From the NCBI GenBank assembly GCA_030390025.1, contig JASTWF010000321.1, forward strand, positions 496,001 through 555,661: 59,661 nucleotides of DNA, written 5' to 3'. This document shows, in pieces, positions 35,768 to 47,274 of this stretch (positions within the stretch are counted from its first letter, which is position 1; each line of letters opens with the position of its first letter). The notes under the pieces are model-generated. The model did no database searches. It was not told where the DNA came from and saw only the letters and a program-made list of their open reading frames with translations. Position numbers and translations under genes: made by a program. This DNA is from Squalus acanthias. Its lineage: Eukaryota.

Positions 35768-38700
35768 TCTTGTTAGAGATGGTCATTGTCTGGCACTTGT
35801 GTGGCACAAATGTTACTTGCCACTTATCATCCCCAACCTGAATGTTGTCCAGGTCTTGCTGCATGTGGACACAGACTGCCTCATTATCTGACAAATTGTG
35901 AATGTAACTTAACACTGTATAATCAGCAGTGAACATCCCCACTTCTGAAGGTCATTAATAAAGCAATTGAAGATGTTGGGCCGAGGACACTGTCCTGAGT
36001 AACTGCTGCAGCGATGACCTGGGGCTGAGATGATTGGCCTCCAATAACCACAGGCATCTTCCTTGTGCTAGATATGACACCATCCAGTGTAGAGTTTTCC
36101 CCCGATCCCCATTGACTTCAGTTTTACTGGGGCCCATTGGTGCCACACTCGGTCAAATGCTGCCTTGATGTCGAGTACAGTCACTCTCACCTCACCTCTG
36201 GAATTCAGCCCTTTTGTCAATGTTTGGACCAAGGCTGTAATGAGGTCAGCAGCCAAGTGGTCCTGGCGGAAACCAAACTAGTCATTGGTGAGCAGGTTAT
36301 TTGTGCATTAGTGACGCTTGATAGCATTGTGGTTGACAGCTTCCATCACTTTGCTGATGTTGGAGAGATGGCTGATGGGGTGGTAACTGGCTGTTGGATT
36401 AGTCCAGCTGTTTGCGGACTGGACATACCTGTCCAATTTACCACTTTGTCGGGTAGATGCCAGTACTGGATCAGCTTGGCTAGAGGTGCAGCTAGTTCTG
36501 GAGCACAGGTCTTCAGCTCTGCAGCCGGGATGTTGCCGGGGCCCATAGCCTTTGCTGTCTCCAGTGCGCTCTACCGTTCTTGATATCACGTGGAGTGAAG
36601 CAAATTGGTTGAAGACTGGCTTCTATGATGGTGGTGACCTCAGGAGCAAGCCGAGATGCATCGTCCACTTGGCACTTGTGGCTGAAGATGGTTGTGAAGG
36701 CATCAGCCTTGTCTTTTGCACTCACATGCTGTGCTTCACCATCATCCTGTGTTGTAGCTTCACCAAGAAGGTTTCTGATTTTCAGATACACTTGGTGCAG
36801 CTCCTGGAATGCTCTTCAACACTCCTTATTGAACCAGGGCTGGTTTGATGGTAATGGTAGAATGAGGGATATGCCGGGCCATGAGGTTACAGATTATGGT
36901 GGAATACAATTCTGTTGCTGCTGATGGCCCACAGCGCCTCATGGATGCCAAGATTTGAGCTGCTAGATGGGTTCTTAATCGATCCCATTTAGCACGGTGG
37001 TAGGGCCACACAACACGATGAAGGGGTGTCTTCAGTGGCTCGGTAGTACCATGATTGATGAAGCTGGCTGAGTCCTGAAGGACATAGCTGCCAGGCTGAC
37101 TCACGGCAGGTGGTGAGAGAACAAACACGAGCCACTACTGAGCCACACTTGGTGATGGACATTGAAGTCCCCCAGCCAGAGTACATTCTGTGCCCCAGCA
37201 GCCACAGTGCGCCTGGTGAGGAGGGAGTAAATGTTTAAGATGGTGGATGGGGAGCTGATTAAGCGGCCTGCTTTCCCCTGGATTGTGTCGAGCTTCTTGA
37301 GTGTTGTTGGAGCTGCAACCGTCCAGGCAAGTGGAGAATATTCCATCGCACTCCTGACTTGTGCCTTGTAGGGGGTGGAAAGGCCTTGGGGAGTCAGGAG
37401 GTGGTGAGTCACTTGCGCAGAATACCCAGCGTCTGACTAGCTCTTGTAGCCACAGTATTTATTTGGCTGATCTAGTTAATGTTCTGGTCAATGGTGACCC
37501 CCAGGATGTTGATGGTGGGGAATTCAATGATGGTAATGCCATTGAATGTCATGGGGAGGTGGTTAGACTCTCTCCTGTTGGAGATGGTCATTGTCTGGCA
37601 CTTGTGTGGCACAAATGTTACTTGCCACTGATCATCCCCAACCTGAATGTTGTCCAGGTCTTGCTGCACGTGGACACAGACTGCCTCATTATCTGACGAA
37701 TTGTGAATGTAACTTGACACTGTGCAATCAGCAGCGAACATCCCCACTTCTGGAGGTCATTAATAAAGCAGTTGAAGATGTTGGGCCTAGGACACTGTCC
37801 TGAGTAACTGCTGCAGTGATGACCTGGGGCTGAGATGATTGGCCTCCAATAACCACAACCATCTTCCTTGTGCTAGATATGACACCATCCAGTGGAGAGT
37901 TTTCCCCCGATCACCATTGACTTCAGTTTTACTGGGGCCCCTTGGTGCCACACTCGGTCAAATGCTGCCTTGATGTCGAGGACAGTCACTCTCACATCAC
38001 CTCTGGAACTCAGCCCTTTTACATGTTTGGCCCAAGGCTGTAATGAGGTCAGCAGCCAAGTGGTCCTGGCGGAAAGCAAACTGGGCATCGGGGAGCAGGT
38101 TATTTGTGCTTTGTTAGTGCCTCTTGATAGCATTGTCGATGACAGCTTCCATCACTTTGCTGATGATGGAGAGATGGTTGATGGGGTGGTAACTGGCTGT
38201 TGGATTAGTCCAGCTTTATGCGGACTGGACATACCTGGCCAATTTACCACTTTGTCGGGTAGATTAACCAGTACTGGAACATCTTGGCTTGAGGTGCAGC
38301 TAGTTCTGGAGCACAGGTCTTCATCTCTCTAGTCGGGATGTTGTCGGTGCCCATAGCCTTTGCTGTATCCAGTGCGCTCTACCGTTCTTGATATCATGTG
38401 GAGTGAAGTGAATTGGCTGAAGACTGGCTTCTGTGATGGTGGGGACCTCAGGAAGAGGCCGAGATGCGTCATCCACTTGGCACTTGTAACTGAAGATGGT
38501 TGCGAAGGCTTCAGCCTTGTCTTTTGCACTCACGTGCTGTGCTCCGCCATCGTTGAGGATGGGTATGATCATGGAGCCTCCTCCTCTCGTTAGTTGTTTA
38601 ATTGTCCATCACCATTCACGACTGGATGTGGCAGGACTGCAGAGCTTTGATCTGATCCATTGGGTGTGGGATCGCTTAGCTCGGTCTATAGCAATGTTCC

Positions 38701-39832
38701 TGCTGTTTAACATGCATATAGTCCTGTGTTGTAGCTTCACCAAGTTGGTATCTGATTTTCATGTACACCTGGCATGCTCTTCAACACTCCTCATTGAACC
38801 AGGGTTGGTTTGATGGGAATGGTAGATGGAGGGATATATCAGCTCATGAAGTTACAGAGTGTGGTGGAATACAATTCCATTGCTGCTGATGGCCCACAGC
38901 GCCTCCTTGGTGCCCAGTTTTGAGCTGCTAGATCTCTTCTGATTCTATCCCATTTAGTACGGTGGTAGTGCCACACAACACAATGAAGGGTTGTCCTCAG
39001 TGTGAAGACGGGACTTCATCACCACAAGGACTGTGCGGTGGTTACTGCGACCAATACTGTCATGGACAGATGCATCTGCGACAGGTAGATTGTTGAGGAC
39101 AAGATCAAGTAGCTTTTTTCCTCGTGTTTGTTCTCTCACCACCTGCTATGAGCCCAGTCTGGCAGCTATCTCCTTGAGGACTTTGCCAGCTCGGTGAATA
39201 GTGGTACTACTGAGCCACTCTTGGTGATGCCCGAGCAGCCACAGTGCGCCGGATGAGGAGGGAGTAAATGTTTATGATGGTGGACGGGGGGCTGATTAAG
39301 CGGACTGCTTTCTCCTGGACTGTGTCGCGCTTCTTGAGTGTTGTTGGATCTGCAACCATCCAGGCAAGTGGAGAATATTCAATCACACTCCTGACTTGTG
39401 CCTTGTAGGTGCTAGAATGGTTTTGGGGAGTCAGGAGGTGAGTCACTTGCCGGCGAATACCCAGCCTCTGACCTGCTCTTGTATTTACGTGGCCTGGCTA
39501 GTTACTTTGCTGATGATTGAGAGTAGATTGATGGGGCAGTAATTGACCGGATTGGATTTTTCCTGCCTTTTGCGGAAAGGACATACCTGCCCAATTTTCC
39601 ACTTTATCAGGTAGAGGCCAGTACAGGAACAGCTTGGCTAGAGGTGCTGCTAGTTCTGGAGTGCAGGTCTTCAGCTCTACAGCTGTGATGTTGTTGGGGC
39701 CCCACAGCCTTTGCAGTATCCAGTGCGCTCTGACGTTTTCTGATATCAAGTGGAGTGAATTGAATTGGCTGAGGACTGGCATCTATGAGAGTGGGGACCT
39801 CAGGAGGAGGCGGCGATGGATCCACTTGGCAC

Positions 39833-40422
39833 TTGTACAGGGCCTTTGTGAGACCATACCTGGAGTACTGGGCACAGTTTTGGTCTCCTTATCTAAGGAG
39901 GAATATACTTGCCTTGGAGGCGATGCAATGAAGGTTCACTAGATTGATTCCTGGGATGAGGGGGCTGTCCTATGATGAGAGATTGTGTAGAATGGGCCTG
40001 TACTCTCTGGAGTTTAGAAGAATGAGAGGTGATCTCATTGAAACATACAAGATTCTGAAAGGGATTGACAGGGTAGATGCTGAGAGGTTGTTTCCCCTGG
40101 CTGGAGTGTCTAGAACTAGGGGGCATAGTCTCAGGATAAGGGATAGGCCATTTAAGACTGAGATGAGGAGGAATTCCTTCACTCAGAGGGTTGTGAATCT
40201 TTGGAATTCTCTGGCCCCAGAGGGCTGTGGATGCTGAGTCTTTGAGTATATTCAAGGCTGAGATGGATAGATTTTTGGACTCTAGGGGAATCAAGGGATA
40301 TGGAGATCGGGCGGGAAAGTGGAGTTGAGGTCGATGATCAGCCATGATCTTATTGAATGGCGGAGCAGGCTCGAGGGGCCGTATGGCCTACACCTGCTCT
40401 TATTTCTTATGTTCTTATGTTC
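39833..40422 (+). mobile_element. CR1 LINE 3' fragment
   Basis: GLYSLEFRRMRGDLIETYKIL...FTQRVVNLWNSL; 3' UTR and (TTCTTATG)n tail. Confidence 0.9.
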
Positions 40423-41042
40423 TGCCTGGAGGTAGTTGCGAAAGAAGGAGATGAGGAGAGAGAAAACACAATACAAAAGCTAGAGCTGATTTTAATCATT
40501 TATAAAAATGGACCAAATATAACACTAACCGTTTGCATATTTTTGTCCATGGACGAACAAAATGCTGCCAATTAATTCTTCCCTGAGGCTAACGGAACAG
40601 ACTGCTGCTGATTGGAGACAAAGAGCTAGTGACACTTTCAGAATGAGACCTGTATGGGAGGGGAAGGCGATGCCATGTGACCCAGGCAACTCCTGGAGGG
40701 CACTGAGTTCAAAGGGACGGTGAACCCAAGGTTTCTTCCTCCTCCCGCGTTCCCTCCGCCCCGTCCTCTCCCCATTTTAGATGCTGTCTTATTTCAGATG
40801 TTAAAATATGAGGACATTCACTGTATTTCCCACTCCATGAGAAAAAACCAACAACGTGGGATTTTAAACATCTTTCGGTGTTACATTTCATACTTCATGT
40901 ACAGATTGTGGACTTTGAGAAATACATCACTGTAAAAATCTGTTTCATGTAACAATTAAAAAATTGTATTTACCTACTTGTTGGTCAATGTTTTCATTTC
41001 ATACAATCATCTCATCAACTTATGTAAATATTCAATATTTAT

Positions 41043-44000
41043 CAACACAGATAAATGTGAGGTATTACATTTTGGTAAGAAAAATATGGAGGTCACATAT
41101 TACTTGGAAATAACGAATCTAAATGGGGTAGAAGAGCAAAGGGATCTCGGAGTACAAATACACAAATCACTGAAAGTAGCGACACAGGTTAACAAGGCCA
41201 TAAAAAACGCAAGCACTGGGGTTTATTTCTAGAGGGATTGAATTGAAAAGTAGTGAAGTTATGCTAAACTTGAATTGAACCTTGGTTGGACCACACTTGG
41301 AGTACTGCATACAATTCTGGACACCATATTATAAAAAGGAATTAGAGGCACTGGAGAGGGTGCAAAAAATGATGAGTAAAACATTAGAGCTGAAGGACAG
41401 GCTAGTGGGTGTGGCCCAAATAAGGGTTCTTTACACAAATGCACAGAGTATAAGGAATAAATTGAATGAACTGCAGGCATGAATTCAAATAGGAGGGTAT
41501 GACATTGTAGCTATTACTGAGACATGGCTACAAGACAGTCAGGACTGGGAACTAAATATACCAGGTTATAAGGTCTACAGGGAAGATAGGGGAAATGGCA
41601 GAGGGGGAGGAGTAGCCTTAGTGATTAAGGATGAAATCACTTCAATGATAAGAGAGGATTTAAGGAGAGGTAAGCAGGCAGTGGAGACGTTATGGGTTGA
41701 ATTATGAAATAAAGGATCTAAGACTGTAGTGGGAGTTGTGTATAGGCCCCCTGGTAGCAGCTGTGAAGTGCTACATTGTACAAATGAAGAGATTAGACAA
41801 TCGTGTAGCAAAGGTGGAGTGTTTTTAATGGGGGATTTTAACTTTCATAGATTGGGAAAAGCAGACTAGCACCTGTCAGAAAGGTAGTGAATTTCTTGAG
41901 TGTGTCCGGGATAGTTTTCTACAACAATATGTCCTAGAGGCAACAAGGGGGCAAGTCATATTAGATTTAGTAATGAGTAATGAACCAGATTTAGTTAACA
42001 GCCTAACTGTGCGTGAACATTTATCCAATCGCGATCATAACATGATCGAGTTCAACATAGTGTTTGAATGGGAGAAACGCAAAACAGCTACTAAGATTCT
42101 AGATTTAGGTAAGGCCGACTTCAACAGGATGTCCACAGTAAAGTGGGCAAATCTGTCACTGGGTAAAATGACAGAAGATCAGTGGGAGATGTTTAAAAAA
42201 TAATTTAAGGTGTTACAGAAACAGTTTATACCCCTGAGGGGCAAGAGCTCTACTTGCCAAAAAAAAACCATCCATGGACAACTAAAGAGGTAAAGGCCAG
42301 CATAAAACTAGAAAGGAAAGGGCATACAAAAAATGCAAAAAATAGCACCGATCCTGGCGAATGGGAAAGATACAAAGAACAGCAACAGTTAGTAAGAGCT
42401 ACAAAAAGGGAGTATGAAAAGAAACTTGCAAGGGATATCAAAATCAATGTGAAGAATTTTTACAATTATATTAGGAAAAAGAGGGTGGTCAGGAGCAAAG
42501 TTGGCCCCTTAAAAACAAAGTGGTGATATTGTCAATGACAATGGGGAAATGGTGGCCATGTTGAATAATTACTTTGCATCAGTATTTACAGTAGAGAAAG
42601 AGGACAGCATGCCGGAAATCCTAAAGAAACTAATATTGAATCGGGGACAGGGGCTCAATAAAATTAATGTAAGTAAAGCAACAGTAATGAAGAAAATAAC
42701 GGCACTAAAGAGTGATAAATCCCCAGGACCAGATGGTTTCCATCCCAGGGTTTTAAAGGAAGTAGGAGCACATTGCAGATGCCCTAATTATAATCTTCCA
42801 AAGTTCTCTAGATTCAGGAACCGTCCTTTCATTTGGAAAATTGTACATGTTACTCCGCATTTTAAGAATGGCGAGAGAGGGAAACCAGTGAATTATAAAC
42901 CAGTTAGCCTAACATCTGTTGTCGGGAAATGACTAGAGTCTATAATTAAGGATAGGGTGACTGAACAGCTCGAAAATTTTCAGCTGATCAGAGAGAGCCA
43001 GCATGGATTTGTGAAAGGTACCATTAATTGGAGGGAAACTAAAATAAATCAAGGGAATGCACTTATTGTATTCAATATTAGTAATAAAATGGTAATGGAG
43101 AAAATAATGAGACTAGGTTAGATAAATCACCAGGACCTGATGGTTTCCATCCCAGGGTATTAAAAGAAGTGGGGAAATTGCAGAAGCATTAGCTATAATC
43201 ATTCAAACTCTTGATTTGGGAACTATGCTGTTAAACTCAAAAATTGCAAATGTCAGTCCATTATTTAAGAAGGGTGGGAGAGAGAAAGCAGGTAACTACA
43301 GGCCTGTGAATTTAAAATCAATTGTGGGGACGCTACTAGAATCTCTCATTAGGGATAGAGTGACTGAGCACTTGTCCAAATATGAGCTGATCAGAGAGAG
43401 CCAGCATGGTAAGACTTGGGTTGGAAATTGGTTGGGAGGTAGGAGACAATGATTGGGGATAAAGGGTTTGTACTCAGATTGGCAGAATGTGACAAGTGGA
43501 TCTGTTCTGGAGCCTCAACTTTTTCCCATATTTATTACTCACTTGGATCAAGGAATAGAGCTGTATATCCAAGTTTCCAGAGGACACTAAAGTCAGAGAC
43601 ACAGTAAGTAGTGCAGCTGGGAGCAGGAAGTTGCAAAACTATGTCAGATGGACAAGTGTGAGGTCGTCCACTTTGGACCTAAGAAAACTACATTTTCCAA
43701 ATGTTGGGAAACTAGGAACTGTAGAGGAGCAAAGAGATTTGGGAGTCTAACTCCACAAATCATTTAAAACTAGTCGACAGGTACAAAAAGTAATAAATAA
43801 GGCCAATGGAAATTTGGCCTTTATCTTAAAATGGCTGGATTACAAATAGGAAGAGTTGTAATCTTAACATTTGAACCATTTAGGATGAAAATCATGAAGT
43901 ACCTTTTCACACAAGGTATTAGAAACCTGGAATTCTCTCCCCAAAGGGCTGTGGATTCTCGGACAAGTGGAGCTTCTAAGACTGAGATTGATAGATTTTA

Positions 44001-44125
44001 GTTGGGAAAGGCTAACAAGGGACATGGAGCAAAGGTGGGTAAATAGATTTGAGGCACAGATCAGCAATGATCTAATTGATTCGCATTGGAGGCTCGAGGG
44101 GCTGAATGGCCGACTCCTGTTCCGA
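41043..44125 (+). mobile_element. Cluster of degraded CR1 fragments, including the ORF2 endonuclease region (~41410-42200) and RT pieces
   Basis: LYTNAQSIRNKLNEL, ITETWL, VVYRPP, GDFN, DHNMIEF, KSPGPDGFHP (twice), NYRPV; many stops and frameshifts. Confidence 0.85.
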
Positions 44126-45245
44126 TCTTCCTTTCAATCTGCTTGGTTTCCAGTCAGGTTTTGTCAGGAGCCATAAAAATTCTTCATTCTTAATTCTGTT
44201 GCAGGGATTTCAAAAACATCGGTCATTTTCACGAAGGACTCGTCGCAGAATTCATTAAGATCTTGGAGCAAGACAATTGATCCTTCGATAAGAGTTCCTT
44301 TTACATCTATTTTTCCAGCTTACGTGGGTTAGTTGCCATTTTAAATATTGGATTTAACCCTGTGCATGTGGCAGTGTTGGGATTTGGAACGATTCCCCCC
44401 AGGCCCCATCTCCAGAGCTCTGTGCATGGTGACCCTGTTTATAAATACTGCCCTCTACTGGCAGTTGGCAGTTTTTGTCTCCCACCCACACTGCTGCACT
44501 GTGAGGTGGAGCTTCTTCATTCACAATTATTCAGCTCCGTTAACTCCAACACTGAGGTGTTCTTTCCCATTTTCTGGTTTTTATTTTACATTATTTGGTT
44601 TTGTGCGATGAGTCTAAACAACGGCTCTTTCCAGGTGCCCAGTTCAATGTATCACCTCTTATCGTCCTGTGGCAGATAGTCCCTGGTTTTCACCAGGGGG
44701 TGGATCTCCTTGTCATTCCCCAGATGAAATATGTTGGGGAGCCACGTGCTCTTCCACCCACACGTTAACCAGACATTCGGCTCCGGCCCTGGCAGATCGG
44801 ACTGCCCCGGCAGAGGAGTCCTGGCTGCTGTTGCTCCTTTTAATATTGTTTAGAATTAGGTGCCCCCTTCAATTCCAAGTTATTTGCCAATGTCCCAGAT
44901 TCATTGCTGACCGACCACCTCTGAGGGGCAGCTTTGGTGATCTACCAGTTGTGTAAGTGCGGAGAAACCACACTGAAGGATAAAGGAGAATTACTCAGCC
45001 AGTAATAGGAAGCTCCGCATTTAACCATTTCTGTTTAGAAATCTGGGAGTTTTGAAAAAAGAGCCATCAAGTCACAGATATTTGTTTAAAGTCTCCATAC
45101 TGCACATACACAGGGCTAAACTCAGTTGTACACGGGTGGTCAGCCCTCCTTTGGGCAACAGAGATTAATCACTGCAGCAATTTCCCTTTTCTGTAACCTT
45201 GCTTTAAATGAATCGTGCACAGACTGAGATTGAGATGGTTCTGTT

Positions 45246-45541
45246 AGAAACATAGAAACATAGAAACTAGGAGCAGGAGTAGGCCATTCGGCCCGTCGAG
45301 CCTGCTCCACCATTCAATACGATCATGGCTGATCATCCAAATCCAGTACCCTGTCCCTGCTTTCTCACACAGAATCCCCATCGAGCCTGCACCGACACAT
45401 ATCCCACCCTATCCCCGTAACCCCACGTATTTAATTCCCCCTAACATATCCCATCCTATCCCCGTAACCCCACATATTTAATCCCCCCCTAACACTAAGG
45501 GTCAATTTATCATAGCCAAATCAACCTAACCCGCACATTTT
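45246..45541 (-). mobile_element. CR1 3' tail followed by a SINE (HE1-like) fragment
   Basis: (AGAAACAT)n plus GGAGTAGGCCATTCGGCCC, the revcomp of the CR1 3' UTRs in this window. The later part (CAATTTATCATAGCCAA...CCTAACCCGCACAT) is assigned from recall only. Confidence 0.6.
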
Positions 45542-45628
45542 TGTTGTCAGATATAGTTCCAGGATGTTCTACCTTCAGACAGCAATGGCTTATGTTTATG
45601 TTTATCACAGTCAGGCTGACCAGAACTT

Positions 45629-46246
45629 TTAAAGGTGATGTGAAAAGGGCCAATAGAAAATGGAAAGTGTTGCCGAGCACAGAGTATTGAAGTTGTGAAA
45701 TGTGAAATCATGGAGTGGTCAGACATGGGATCGTACCTGGGCTCTCTCACTCTGAGTTAGTTCCAGATTGAATTATTTAATTACAAGAGAATGTTTGAAC
45801 TATAAAGACACAGTGTGTTCATCTTTTGTAAAACTTCGAGGCTTTCATCACATCACCTTGAAAAATGTCCTGCCGTGTTTAAATTGTTCTCTCTCCTGTA
45901 CTCTGAAATATAATGGGAATAGACTGTATAACAGACTGTGTCGACTGCACGCTGTGCACTGCAGGAAAAGCAACACATTCACTGGTGATACCTGCTTATG
46001 GGGACACCCTGTGTGTGGAGTAAAGTATTCCCTTTTCCTTGCATTCCTGATAATCAAACACTGGACATTGTGATGGGGATGAGTAGAAAGGTTGTTTCTC
46101 AATCCAGTTTGGTTTTATGGAGAATGGATCCCATTGACAGACACAAATATTCACAGAGTGAGAGAGCTCAGGTACGATCCCACATCAATGCTCTGTGCTC
46201 GGCAACACTTCCCATTTTCTATTGGCTCTTTTCATATCATCTTTAA
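45629..46246. repeat. Inverted repeat, arms 45629-45754 and 46154-46246
   Basis: About 93 bp of alignable sequence in opposite orientations. The left arm has an extra ~33-35 bp. Spacer ~400 bp. Confidence 0.85.
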
Positions 46247-47021
46247 TTGTTATGATCAGCATGATCCATATCTGCCTCCTCCTGAGGTCCCCACCATCAC
46301 AGAAGCCAGTCTTCAGTCAATTGATTCAATCTACGTGATATCAAGAAATGGCTGAGCGCACTGGATACAGCAAAGGCTATGGGCCCCGACAACATCCCAT
46401 CTGTCGTGCTTAAGACTTGTGCTCCAGAACTAGCCGCGCCTCTAGCCAAGCTGTTCCAGCACAGCTACAACACTGACATCTGCCTGATAAAGTGTAAAAT
46501 TTCCAAGGTGTGGACTGTCCGCAAAAAGCAGGACAAATCCAATCCGACCAATTACCGCCCCATCAGTTTACTCTCAATCATCAGCAAAGTGACGGAAGGT
46601 GTCGTTAACAGTGCTATCAAGCGGCAATTACTCACCAATAACCTGCTCACAAATGCTCAGTTTGGGTTCCGCCAGGACCACTCAGCTCCAGGTCTCATTA
46701 CAGCCTTGGTCCAAAATGGACAAAAGAGCTGAATTCCAGAGGTGAGGTGAGAGTGAGTGCCCTCGACATCAAAGCAGAATTTGACTGGTTGTGGCATCAA
46801 TGAGCCCTAGTAAAATTGAAGTCATTGGGAATCACGGGTAAAGCTTTTCATTGGCTGGAGTCATACCTAGCACAAAGGAAGATGGTTGTGGTTGTTGGAG
46901 GCCAATCATTTCAGCCCCAGCACATCACTGCAGGAGCTCCTCAGGGCAGTGTCCTAGGCCCAACCATCTTCAGCTGCTTCATCAATGACCTTCCCTCCAT
47001 CATAAGTTCAGAAATGGGGAT

Positions 47022-47236
47022 TGACGTAATAAAGACTCACTACGCACTTGAACATAAAGCAAGGCTTTAATCAACTTGTAACAAAACATGGAGGTCTAGT
47101 TAGCAGTCACTAGCTTCCTGTTTCCAGATTGTCTCTGCCCAAGGTGGGCCCATGCCTGAGTATTTATACTCCCTGGACGGCGCCCCAGCTGGCCGCCCAG
47201 TAGTACTTCCTGAGTTGTTACTTGCGATTTATGACA
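47022..47236 (-). repeat. Gypsy 3' LTR
   Basis: Identical by eye to 51316-51530. Confidence 0.95.
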
Positions 47237-47274
47237 TTCTTCCTCCCTAAAAGGTTTGGAAGTCCAGTCTTCCT

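Larger units (their letters stand above)
15005..39832 (-). repeat. Tandem array of an internally deleted second LINE family (CR1/L2-group, here 'LINE-B'), at least 7 partial or complete units
   Basis: Each unit reads NVLWVGDFNVHH (endonuclease) ... AKDKAEAFATIFS ... MGPDNIPA.VLKTCAPELAAPLAKL ... DIKAAFDRVWH ... KAQVRSVMEFSPLAW ... RRTVAA. The same head-to-tail junction recurs at ~26432, 29090, 31748, 34404 and 37197. The true LINE 3' end is present only at ~15005-15330. Confidence 0.9.

Noticed and set aside
25156..39825. Dozens of recurring 60-150-aa ORFs suggesting a tandem gene cluster
   Set aside because: They are fragments or antisense frames of the amplified degraded LINE and MITE.
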